This document shows positions 8,378 to 19,800 of a DNA stretch of 64,000 bases, piece after piece (within the stretch, counting starts at the first letter, position 1; every line of letters starts with the position of its first letter). The DNA comes from an uncultured Poribacteria bacterium (GTDB lineage: Bacteria > Poribacteria > WGA-4E > WGA-3G). Below the pieces are notes generated by a model. The model was not told where the DNA came from. It saw only the letters and a list, made by a program, of their open reading frames with translations, and did not search any database. The DNA is taken from positions 3,410,492 through 3,474,491 of the forward strand of contig OX638351.1 of the NCBI GenBank assembly GCA_951813565.1, written 5' to 3'. The translations under genes were made by a program, and so were the position numbers.

Positions 8378-9805
8378 ATGGCACAAATTGATGAGAAACA
8401 GATTGAACAGATTGTTTCACAAGTTTTAACAACACTGCAGAAAGATGGAACGGTTTCTGTGCCGCCTTCCGTGACATCTGGGGCGAATTCTTCGCGGTCA
8501 GGCGTTTTCGGAACTGTTGAGGAGGCTATTGGCGCAGCAAAAACAGCGCAAGAAGCACTCGTTAAACTTGGGTTTGCCAAAAGACGTGAAATTATTGAGG
8601 CGATAAAACAGGTCTCGCTTGAAAACGCAAAACGACTCGCGGAGCTGGCTGTTCAAGACACAAAAATGGGCACCGTGGAACACAAGGTGATGAAAAATGA
8701 AGGTGCTGTGAACTTGTCGCCCGGTATGGAAGACCTTGTGTCGGAGTCAATGTCCGGAGATGATGGCACGCTTTTGATTGAATATGTTCCGTTTGGTATT
8801 ATTAATTCAATTACGCCCACCACCAATCCAACTTCAACAGTTATCAACCACGCGATTATCATGATCGCTGCGGGTAACGCCGTTGTATTTAGTCCACATC
8901 CGAACGCAAGTGAATGCACGGAAGAGACAATGCATGTCATCAACGAAGGGATTGTAAAGGCAGGCGGACCTGCGAATTTACTCACCTCCGTTGCAAACGC
9001 TACGCTGCGGACTGCAAAACAAATTATGGACCATCCCGACATCGCTATGGTTGTTGCGACCGGCGGCGCAAGTGTTGTGCGGGCAGCATTAACAAGTGGC
9101 AAAAAAGCAATTGCTGCAGGACCTGGTAATCCTCCCGCGATTATAGATGAAACGGCTGATATTCCAAAAGCAGCAAGGCATGTGATTGCGGGCACAAGTT
9201 TTGACAATAACCTGCTCTGTATTGGCGAGAAAGCACTTTTTGTTGTTGAATCTGTTGCGAATGAAACGATCCAGGAATTGACAAAGAACGGTGGACATCT
9301 ACTCAGTGCAAGTCAACGCGAGGCACTTGAGGCGGTTGTCACGGAGAACGGGGAATCAAACAAGGAATATATCGGTAAAGATGCAAAGACTATCTTGGAC
9401 GCAGCAGGCATCACAGCACCCGCACAAACAGTTGCCATTGTAGTGGAAGTTCCAGCTGACCACGGGTTTGTTATCAACGAATACCTTATGCCGATTTTGC
9501 CTGTCGTTCGGGTGCGTGATTTTGACGAGGCACTCAAAGGTGCGCTCGCAGCAGATGGCGGTAGAGGACACACCGCGATGCTACACACCAACAACACAGC
9601 GCGCATCACACAATATCACAAGGCGATGAATTGTAGTGTTGTTGTTGTCAATGCCCCCTCTTATGCATGTTGTGGATTGGAAGGCGAAGGCTTTTTAGCA
9701 ATGACTATCGCCGGACCCACTGGCGAAGGATATACGCGCCCCCGCACATTTACACGCCAAAGACGATTAACCCTTGCTAACAACTTATCTGCACATACAT
9801 TATGA
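8378..9805 (+). CDS. CoA-acylating aldehyde dehydrogenase, PduP/EutE family, with N-terminal BMC encapsulation-peptide-like helix
   Basis: ALDH-EutE hallmarks are ITPTTNPTSTVINHAIIMIAAGNAVVFSPHP, the catalytic Cys region NNLLCIGEKALFV, and the ...GPTGEGYT C-terminal region. N-terminus is MAQIDEKQIEQIVSQVLTTL (amphipathic helix), then a Pro/Ser linker SVPPSVTSGANSS, then the ALDH core. This is the standard architecture of PduP/EutE encapsulation peptides. Confidence 0.9.
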   Translation: MAQIDEKQIEQIVSQVLTTLQKDGTVSVPPSVTSGANSSRSGVFGTVEEAIGAAKTAQEALVKLGFAKRREIIEAIKQVSLENAKRLAELAVQDTKMGTVEHKVMKNEGAVNLSPGMEDLVSESMSGDDGTLLIEYVPFGIINSITPTTNPTSTVINHAIIMIAAGNAVVFSPHPNASECTEETMHVINEGIVKAGGPANLLTSVANATLRTAKQIMDHPDIAMVVATGGASVVRAALTSGKKAIAAGPGNPPAIIDETADIPKAARHVIAGTSFDNNLLCIGEKALFVVESVANETIQELTKNGGHLLSASQREALEAVVTENGESNKEYIGKDAKTILDAAGITAPAQTVAIVVEVPADHGFVINEYLMPILPVVRVRDFDEALKGALAADGGRGHTAMLHTNNTARITQYHKAMNCSVVVVNAPSYACCGLEGEGFLAMTIAGPTGEGYTRPRTFTRQRRLTLANNLSAHTL

Positions 9806-9976
9806 GGGAAATAGTTTATTTACGACCAGTTTGAGTCGTTTATTATAATTAAGACAAACACTGGCAACCACAATATCGGAGAAGAACCGCTGTCAAATTT
9901 GGTGTCGCTCTGTGAGGAATGCCACTTTGATCTGCATGCGAAAAAGAAAAACTATGGCTCGTAAGGAGGAGACATT

Positions 9977-10654
9977 ATGAAACGAACACTATCGCACAAA
10001 ACGACAATATCTGTTATTTCTATAATCTTGGGTATACTCATCGGTTCTTTTTTTATGCATTATACGAATGCACAGAAATCAGAGTCAGGGGAACCCCAAT
10101 CTATTGAAGAATTTACAGGTGTCTTTGATGATGAGGCAGATATAGCAGACAACTATTTAAGAAATGGTGATTTCTATTCCAGAGACAAATCTACACGATT
10201 TAATATAGATACCAGTTACATTGACCCAGTTGCCACAGCAATCTTTTGGTATGATAAAGTGATAACCGAATTTCCAAATACTGATAAAGCGAATCAAGCT
10301 TTAAAAGCAAAAATGCAGACACTACTTGGGTGGACAGATGGTTATGGTAATGATAAAAAATATTATGGACTCTACAATAATAGTCTTGCCAAAACTAAAA
10401 TATATTTTCCACTGATTGAAACAACTTACAATAAATTAGCAGAAGACTATCCTGAAGATAGGCATCTTGAAGCATATTCTTATCAAATAGCCCAAGCATA
10501 TTGGTATAATTCGGTTGTAACTTCCAGCCTCAAGTACAGAGCAGAAGCAAAAAAATGGTTTGAAAAAACGATTAATTTAGGCAAAGGCAAATTAACATTT
10601 TACAGTCATCTTGCGAAAATGCGTTTAGATTGGTTGTCTAAACGTTCTCCGTAA
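9977..10654 (+). CDS. hypothetical secreted/membrane-anchored protein
   Basis: N-terminal hydrophobic segment (TTISVISIILGILIGSFFM). GGAGG SD upstream. No recognisable catalytic motif. Confidence 0.5.
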   Translation: MKRTLSHKTTISVISIILGILIGSFFMHYTNAQKSESGEPQSIEEFTGVFDDEADIADNYLRNGDFYSRDKSTRFNIDTSYIDPVATAIFWYDKVITEFPNTDKANQALKAKMQTLLGWTDGYGNDKKYYGLYNNSLAKTKIYFPLIETTYNKLAEDYPEDRHLEAYSYQIAQAYWYNSVVTSSLKYRAEAKKWFEKTINLGKGKLTFYSHLAKMRLDWLSKRSP

Positions 10655-10820
10655 TTTCAGTAGATTTTATAGCAAACCGTTAAGCAATTCCGCATTCAAC
10701 GTGCAAGATGTCATTAAATCAAGCACGCGGAATTATACGTAAAGTTAAATATTAACGGAAAATACCAGTCTATCTTTTCTGTCGCATTTTTGGTATATTT
10801 TGGTAAACTGTGTATAATAA

Positions 10821-11315
10821 CGTGAGCTTGATAATTAGAATGAGTATAGATGTCCGTTGGGTAGAGCGAAGCGAAACCCATAGGTGTAAACTTAAAGAAA
10901 TTTACGCGTGCTAAATACCCAACTTATGAGATGACGATAGGTGCGCGTTGTAAGTGCGCTGTTTTATCTTCCTGTAGGAGCGACCTCCTGGTCGCGACAT
11001 ATTACGAACGGTCGCGAGCTGGAGCTCGCTCCTACAAGAAGAAAATCGAGCGGACAAGGTTTCCCTCCCACAAGAGAAAATCCAGCATTTTTTCTTAAGT
11101 TGACACCTATGGGTAGAGCGAAGCGAAACCCAACAATTCAACCGTCTTGACAGTCCTAAAGAGTTGGGTTTCACTTATTTTTTTGGAAATATCGACCTCA
11201 AATAGGTCAACAACCTCTCTTTACGGTCTGTTTTTATTGTCCATTTCCGTTCTACCCCACCGAATGCCATAGGCGCATTCGGTGTTGATTCCCTACGGGA
11301 TTTATCAAACTCACG
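10821..11315. repeat. MITE-like repeat, family B
   Basis: Terminal inverted repeats CGTGAG(C/T)TTGATAA ... TTATCAAACTCACG. Internal inverted GGGTAGAGCGAAGCGAAACCCATAGGTG motifs. Paralogous copies at 15892..16298 and 16363..16519. Confidence 0.75.
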
Positions 11316-11352
11316 TTATAATAAGTTCCAACTTCCAGAAGAGGAGCAGGTC

Positions 11353-11670
11353 ATGGCAGAATCTCAAAAGGATATACTTGAATACCTAAAAGGCTATAAG
11401 GAAAGCAAAGAAGAGTCTGACATTGAGTTAGTTAAGGTTGAGTCGCGCCTTGAGGAACGGATTAAAGAAGTTAAAACAGATCTTACGAGTAACATTACAC
11501 AGCTCAAAACAGACCTTGAAAAAGACATCCGAGAAGCTAAAACAGATCTGAAAGATGACATAAAAGAGATAAGAAACAGCATGCGGACGATGACTAATCT
11601 CGTTATAGCTTGCGGCATTGGCATTCTTGGTGTAATTGTTACTTTAATTCTGAATATAGTTTCAAAATAA
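11353..11670 (+). CDS. small coiled-coil protein with C-terminal TM anchor (DUF1640-like)
   Basis: Repeating K(T/D)DL..DI.E.K heptad-like units (KTDLTSNITQLKTDLEKDIREAKTDLKDDIKEI). C-terminal hydrophobic helix LVIACGIGILGVIVTLILNIV. AGGAG SD. Confidence 0.5.
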   Translation: MAESQKDILEYLKGYKESKEESDIELVKVESRLEERIKEVKTDLTSNITQLKTDLEKDIREAKTDLKDDIKEIRNSMRTMTNLVIACGIGILGVIVTLILNIVSK

Positions 11671-11689
11671 TAGATATAGGAGATTAAAG

Positions 11690-11995
11690 ATGGCAGAAAG
11701 AGCTCCAGGCTTTGAGGATTACACACCATCCCGGTTAGAATGGTTAGCAATGGTATTAAATTCATTACACCCATATATAAACATAAGTTTAAGTAATAAG
11801 CAAATAAGTGCAGTATTTCTTCCAAAGGACGATGGGAAAACCCTTGTATTAATGGTTCGCTATCCTGAAGGTACAGACTCAAAAATAATTCAAAAATATA
11901 TACGGATCGCAGAGAATTACGTCAATGATTTGGCCAAAATTCATAAATGGGATTCATGGATTGAGATTGAAGTGGACCATGATCCACGTAAATAA
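11690..11995 (+). CDS. hypothetical protein (101 aa)
   Basis: ORF with GGAG SD immediately downstream of the previous gene. No recognisable motif. Confidence 0.4.
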   Translation: MAERAPGFEDYTPSRLEWLAMVLNSLHPYINISLSNKQISAVFLPKDDGKTLVLMVRYPEGTDSKIIQKYIRIAENYVNDLAKIHKWDSWIEIEVDHDPRK

Positions 11996-12239
11996 TCACT
12001 CACATTCCGCAGAAAACCTTACTTCTGTTAAATGCCTATTTATATCAAAAGAATGTGGAAGTCTACACCACATTCTTTTTTTGTTACCGCTTCAGTTCCC
12101 CAAACGTTATCCATATTCTGTAACCGAAGATTCCATAAAGGCGTTTTCATGGATAAACCTGTCCGTGTGAAAAGGATGGGATATAATGTGCAAAATAACT
12201 CCCTCAAGCAGTAGAGTTAGTACCGATTGGAAGGTCTAA

Positions 12240-14312
<2,073 letters not shown>

Positions 14313-14330
14313 TGGTTTGGTTATTTATAC

Positions 14331-14480
14331 CCAAGTTGCCACCTATTTCGCAAATGCTCTTGTAGGAGGGGTTTCTAACCCCGATTTAGAACAAAAAACA
14401 TAAGAATCAGCGAAAAAGCCTTGTTTTTTTAGTAAAAAGCAGTGTTTGCTAACTTGAAATCTTGTCCGAGCAACTTAGGT
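14331..14480. repeat. MITE-like repeat, family C
   Basis: Ends CCAAGTTGCC...GCAACTTAGG. Core CTTGTAGGAGGGGTTTCTAACCCCGATTTAGAACAAAA also occurs at 43445..43550, and reverse-complemented at 24351..24400. Related TIR to the 32462..32812 element. Confidence 0.7.
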
Positions 14481-14506
14481 TATTTATGAACAAATATCTC
14501 AGATAA

Positions 14507-15385
14507 TCAGCAGAGAAGATGGAGAAAAGTTATCACCTGTTTCGTACGTGGAATTCGCCGTGAATGTTCAAAAATCTTGTAGCTTACACTCTCCGACTTG
14601 CTTCCATTCGTTCGAGATTCTTTCGGTTTGCACCAGTAATTTAACGGCACTTCACCCGTTAACTCACCAACGCTTGTCCCGTTAGTAAACTGGGACGCTA
14701 ATGCCTGCGGATGAAGCGGTTGTCCGCTAACCAGATAGCAATCCTTGTTCTCGCGAAACCCATCGGAATACGCGAAGTACCGAATGACACCTGCCTCAGA
14801 AAACACAATCGCACAAACAAATCTGGATAACCTTGTATAATGAATCCCTGTGCTTGTTAAAGACGTGCCGTACTGTGCAGCAAGCGCAGCAATCGCTGGT
14901 AATCCTACTTGTGAATGGGCAGATGAATCTGCCGAAAAGATAGGGGTAGGCATTAGCAATTCAGCAGCAAATTGATTTGCTCGCTGTTCACTCTTTAGAT
15001 ATGCTTGTTTCTTCGCCTGTGCTGTGTCTTCACCCTGTTCTGCAATCATGAAATTCAATCGTTCATCCATTGAACAAGAATCAACAGTATCGCGCTCTAA
15101 CATGTAATGACCGATTTCATGCGCAATAGTGAAATTTCGGCGAGACTCTGATCGGATACGCGCATTGACAAGAATACCCCACGCATTCTCGACTCGCATC
15201 AGGCAACCGTCACAAGTGTCGGGAAGTTCACGTTCCCAGATCACAATGCCGAGTTTTGTCGCGATTTGTCTTGGGTCTATCGGAAAATCTTGTATTTTAA
15301 AGTCGCGAAGGATGCCCCATGCCGCCGCAGCGGGACTGTCCTTCGCATATTGCAGCCGATTATTCAGCATCAGCGGAACCTTCAT
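14507..15385 (-). CDS. ImmA/IrrE-family (DUF955/COG2856) zinc metallopeptidase with C-terminal extension
   Basis: HEXXH motif IAHEIGHYML plus the downstream ImmA-type motif EQRANQFAAELLMP. About 150-aa C-terminal extension of unknown function. Start trimmed to the internal Met (MKVPLM) to limit overlap with the upstream XRE gene. Confidence 0.8.
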   Translation of the reverse strand: MKVPLMLNNRLQYAKDSPAAAAWGILRDFKIQDFPIDPRQIATKLGIVIWERELPDTCDGCLMRVENAWGILVNARIRSESRRNFTIAHEIGHYMLERDTVDSCSMDERLNFMIAEQGEDTAQAKKQAYLKSEQRANQFAAELLMPTPIFSADSSAHSQVGLPAIAALAAQYGTSLTSTGIHYTRLSRFVCAIVFSEAGVIRYFAYSDGFRENKDCYLVSGQPLHPQALASQFTNGTSVGELTGEVPLNYWCKPKESRTNGSKSESVSYKIFEHSRRIPRTKQVITFLHLLC

Positions 15386-15728
15386 TCGGTGTTTCTGTTT
15401 CCGCTTGTGTCTTGAGAAATTTATAGAATTCATAGAGCGTTTCTTTATCTTTCTCCGCGAATTCCATCATTCCCCTGAACATTACATTAACCCTCGGATC
15501 CGCCAATAAGTCTTCATAACCACGGTCCTTCTTACCAAGCAGGTAATCTGTTGTTACCTTCAAGGCATCAGACAAACTGGAAAGCGTATTAAAAGAGGGT
15601 TTTCGAGTTCCTGACTCAAATTGAGAAATAGCTGCAGGCGTCAAATTCGCTGCCTTTGCCAATTCAGTTTGCGTCATTTTAAGTTCACGTCGACGTTGTT
15701 TTATTCGTGAGATAACTTCTTCACTCAT
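15360..15728 (-). CDS. XRE-family helix-turn-helix transcriptional regulator
   Basis: Classic Cro/C1 HTH LKMTQTELAKAANLTPAAISQFESGTRKPSFNTLSSLSDALKV. Sits immediately upstream of, and overlapping, the ImmA/IrrE gene. The pair is a canonical regulator-protease module. Confidence 0.8.
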   Translation of the reverse strand: MSEEVISRIKQRRRELKMTQTELAKAANLTPAAISQFESGTRKPSFNTLSSLSDALKVTTDYLLGKKDRGYEDLLADPRVNVMFRGMMEFAEKDKETLYEFYKFLKTQAETETPNEGSADAE

Positions 15729-15891
15729 GAGTAATTCCTTTCATTGTTAAAAAAAATAAAAAAGCATAATTTTAGGAGATTCCGATACAAAATTTCTTTA
15801 CAAGAAACGAAATCCAATAAGAATGTGAAATATAGTTTAACATAAAATTTAATTAAATGCAAACTTTTTTGTCTTATTTTGAATAAAAAAA

Positions 15892-16298
15892 CGTGAGTTT
15901 GATAATTAGACCTAAATGTAGATGTCCGTTGGGTAGAGCGAAGCGAAACCTATAGGCGTCAATTTAGTGCCTGATTTTCTTGTGGGAGGGCTTTCTAAGC
16001 CCGATATTGTGAGGCTCAAACCGTTATATCGGGGTTGAAAACCCGCAGCATGCCAAACGCGCATGCTGCGTTGATTCGCTCCCACAATAGGATATATCCT
16101 AAAATTGACGCCTATGAGTAGAGCGAAGCGAAACCCAACAATTCAACCGTTTTGGAAGTAATTTAAAGTTGAGTTTCACTCATTTTCCTGTTATTTCGGC
16201 ATCAAATGGAGAAAAAATCTCTCTTTTATGTCCGATTTTTTGTTTATTCCGTTCTACCCAACGGACAGTGGTTATTGAATTTTATTATCAAACTCACG
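15892..16298. repeat. MITE-like repeat, family B (copy with a family-C-like insert)
   Basis: Same TIRs as 10821..11315 (ACGTGAGTTTGATAA ... TTATCAAACTCACGT). Internal CTTGTGGGAGGGCTTTCTAAGCCCGAT segment and a GCATGC palindrome. Confidence 0.75.
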
Positions 16299-16362
16299 TT
16301 AAAAAAGAATTTTATACAGAATTCTGTTCCAAACTTAAATTATAACGAGAAGTATCACGTAA

Positions 16363-16519
16363 CGTGAGTTTGATAAATAGTTAGGATTTCTACATTTCCT
16401 CTTAAAGTCCTCTGATAAGGGGGATTTAGGGGTTAAAAACACCAAAATAACGATTTTTTCAGCAAATATGCCCGTTCTCTGTTCAATTTTTGCCTGTCCA
16501 GTTAATTATCAAACTCACG
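16363..16519. repeat. MITE-like repeat, family B (short copy)
   Basis: ACGTGAGTTTGATAAATAG ... TTATCAAACTCACGT flanking a 130-bp core. Confidence 0.65.
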
Positions 16520-16577
16520 TTATCACGTAGTAAATACGTTTTCTCTTTACTCCAAATTGAGGGTGATGTTATACATT

Positions 16578-16733
16578 GGGTGTGTAAATATTTGGTTACA
16601 TAGATTCAATTTGCAATGATTACGCGGCGTTTCCACTGTAGGGCGGGGTCCCGGGGAATGCCTTAAGGCATTCCCCGGAGACCCGCCCCTACAATAGGAG
16701 TTGTGCGGATTTCTACAAAAACTTTACACACCC
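16578..16733. repeat. MITE-like repeat, family A (compact, near-perfect palindrome)
   Basis: GGGTGTGTAAATATTTGG...GGGCGGGGTCCCGGGGAATGCCTTAAGGCATTCCCCGGAGACCCGCCCC...AAACTTTACACACCC. Confidence 0.85.
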
Positions 16734-16749
16734 TTATACATTATTTATG

Positions 16750-16778
16750 TTGACAATAAATTCTAAATTTGGTACACT
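16750..16778 (+). promoter_or_regulatory. candidate sigma70-type promoter for the giant gene
   Basis: TTGACA, then 17 nt (ATAAATTCTAAATTTGG), then TACACT. Located 36 nt upstream of the ATG at 16814 and immediately downstream of the MITE. Confidence 0.5.
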
Positions 16779-16813
16779 AACAAGAAGCGAAACATAGGAA
16801 TCGGGGAAATTAC

Positions 16814-19800
16814 ATGAGAATTAAATATTATATCGTAATAAATTTACTTGTCTTTCTATGCTGTGTTTCGTTCGGTTATGCAGCAGAAGGCAAAAAAACG
16901 TTAGGGTTGTCGGAAGCTGCAATCCAAATACGAGATCAACTTTCTATCCGTAACATTAGAAAAGACCTTGCACGCTTATCAAGTCTTGAAAGCCGCGTTA
17001 CAGGTTATCCGCAAGCAGCAAATGGAAGTAAATATATTTTTGACCGTTTCGTTGAAATGGGATTGAAGAATGTTGAAAGTCGTGAATTTACTGTCACAGT
17101 TCCTATTGATTATGGTAATAGTGCTATTGACATCCTTTCTGCTGATGGTACGGTGCAACACACGTTCCCACTCAAACCGTTGTGGCCGAACCTTGTCCGA
17201 ACATCCCTTCTTGCCGATGGTGTCAAACATACTGTTGAAGCAGGAGAAACCCTCGAAAAAATCGCAGAAAACTACGCTGTCCCGCTAACAACTATTGCAG
17301 AAAACCCACACAACCAATATTTACCTACACCTGTTGTGGAGGGGAACACGGTTTTCATACCAACTGGCGGTCTTACCGGGCCCTTATTTTACGGAGACGA
17401 TGCCCAACTTGCAGATTTCAACGGAAGTAAAGTCGGCGGCTTTTGGTACAGGCTCCAAGAAGGTGATACACTGGCTTCACTAGCGAGACGTTATCGCGTT
17501 ACGAAAGCGAGTATAACCGATGATGTTCTCAATGGACATCTGCAGAAAGCTTCCGATGGCATTGATAACAATGAAGATGGTACTGTGGATGAATATGGCG
17601 AAATTCCGCTGTTATCAGAGATTCTTGGATGGGCGACAGATGGCATTGACAACGATGCTGATGGTTGGACAGACGAAATTCCCGGCGATGCCACAGATGG
17701 TGTTGATAATAACAAAGACGGCCGGATTGACGAGACAGGCGAATTCATCGCCGCAAGCGAATCCGATATCTTTATCCCCAAAGGCGCGATCGTTCTTGCC
17801 GAGTTTAATTCGGGTACCCGATGGATCAACGCTGCCATGCTTGGTGCCTCCGCTGTTATTTTTATCGAACCAGAAACAACAATCCGAGGCGAAGCAGAAA
17901 ACAAATTCCTCACTGTACCAGCCAACATTCCCCGATTTTGGATTTCTAATACAGATGCTGTTCAATTAAAAGATTTTCTTGCCACAGGTGAAGAGGTCAA
18001 TGTTCGCTTGCGCGGTAAAATGAAATGGGAACGACGCGTCGGTCAAAACATTCGTGGCTTTTTAGAAGGTGGCGATCCTGTCCTACGCGATGAACTAGTC
18101 GTCGTTACCGCATATTACGATTCTATGTCAGTCGTACCGGCAATTGCCCCTGGTGCTGACCCAACTTGTGGGATTGCTGTCCTAATGGAGCTTGCACGTC
18201 TGTTCGGACAACCGCAATACCGCCCTGGTCGTTCAGTACTATTTGTTGCTGTTGACGCGCATTTCCAAGGTTTAGCTGGCATGCGCGCATTTATGGAAGG
18301 TATTGGACAAGATATTGTCGGGTCAGCAACTGATTCCCCTGGAACCCCTACTTTGCAAGGGTTAAGAAGGGGTTTGTCAAATGATATTATCGAGTTTGAA
18401 GAATTAGGACGCAAACTATTACTTTCCATTGATCGGAGTATTTTGGTTGACTTGGACGCGGATTTTTACCACGGCGTGCACGGGATAAAAGAAGACCTTG
18501 AATCGCTCTCCACAACGTTGACAGGACTCTCTACAACCCGTTCTCAAATTGATTGGTTACACAGAGCGCAACGAGATTTCTCAGAACGCCAGAAAAAACA
18601 GGTGGATCGCAACCGAAAACGCGAAAAACAGGGATTCACAGAGGAAGAAAAATCAAGACTCGAAGCGAATCTCGTTCGGTTTGAAAAAGAAGCATTGCAA
18701 ACGACACACTTCCTTCGCGAGATTGTTAACCGACTGGGACAGATTCGGACATCCGCCTTGAAAACGAGTAAGGATGCTCAACGAGAACTCATTGAAACTA
18801 TCGCATTGCCTATTGCACGATTAGACACATGGGCAGTGGATAGGCTGATGCGCGAACTTGAATCAGGCGAGATAGATGACCGATACGACACGCATCCAAA
18901 CGCATCATACCTGTTACCGATGAAGGATGGAACCGATTATGAAGTGCCAACACCTGACGATCTACCACCAGAATTATTATCCGAAATTGAACAATTGAAC
19001 AAGACTCTTGCCAATTGGGAGATGAGTGATCAGCGTAAATTTGCTTTGATGTGGACACCTGACAAAATACTTGACCGCCACTTAGATTTGCCGACTCTCA
19101 GAAAAGCGAGAGATGCACGAAAGACCCTTGCAAACACAACTGAATCTAAGGAAGATGCCATACCACGAGAGCGAGTACTTCTGGAAAAAATAAAGGAAAA
19201 TCTCAAGGACACCGCTACCATTGAAAATCAAATTAAAGAAGCTATTACGAAATTGAGCAGTGATCGTGAGCACGATCTTCCACCTGAAGTATTAACGCAA
19301 TATCTAACTGAAGCATCACAAGAACGGATTAATAGAATTGATGATCAACTCCAGCAACGTTTGACCGAAGCAACTTCAGCATCTGTGGTAGGTGAAGCTG
19401 GAGATGGTTCATCTGAAAATATTCTAATTGAGGATTTGGCACGCGATAAGCAAGGCATTTTTGAAATTGCACTGCGGAATGCCCGTTTAGAACGGACGCG
19501 TATCCAGTATCTCCTTGATTCCCATGAAACCCTCACACGTGAGTTTCTTGATGAGGAGTTGCTAATTCTGAAAAGTTATCTTTCAGGTGAGGAGGTTGCA
19601 CAAGCAAAAGAGGCACGCAAACATATTGCCGCCTATCTGGTTGAAGCCGAAATCCTACAAGCAGTCAAACAGAACGCAGCTTCAGATGTGATCGCTCTTG
19701 AAAATCTAATCAAGCAGCTCCCATCGCTAACAAGGGATATAGATGCACAAACGAAGGTGCTTCTTCGCGATAATATGCTCACGCTAAGGAATGCGCGATT

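Noticed and set aside
8653-9207. 184-aa minus-strand ORF inside the aldehyde dehydrogenase gene
   Set aside because: Antisense artefact. The plus-strand product has full-length ALDH motifs.
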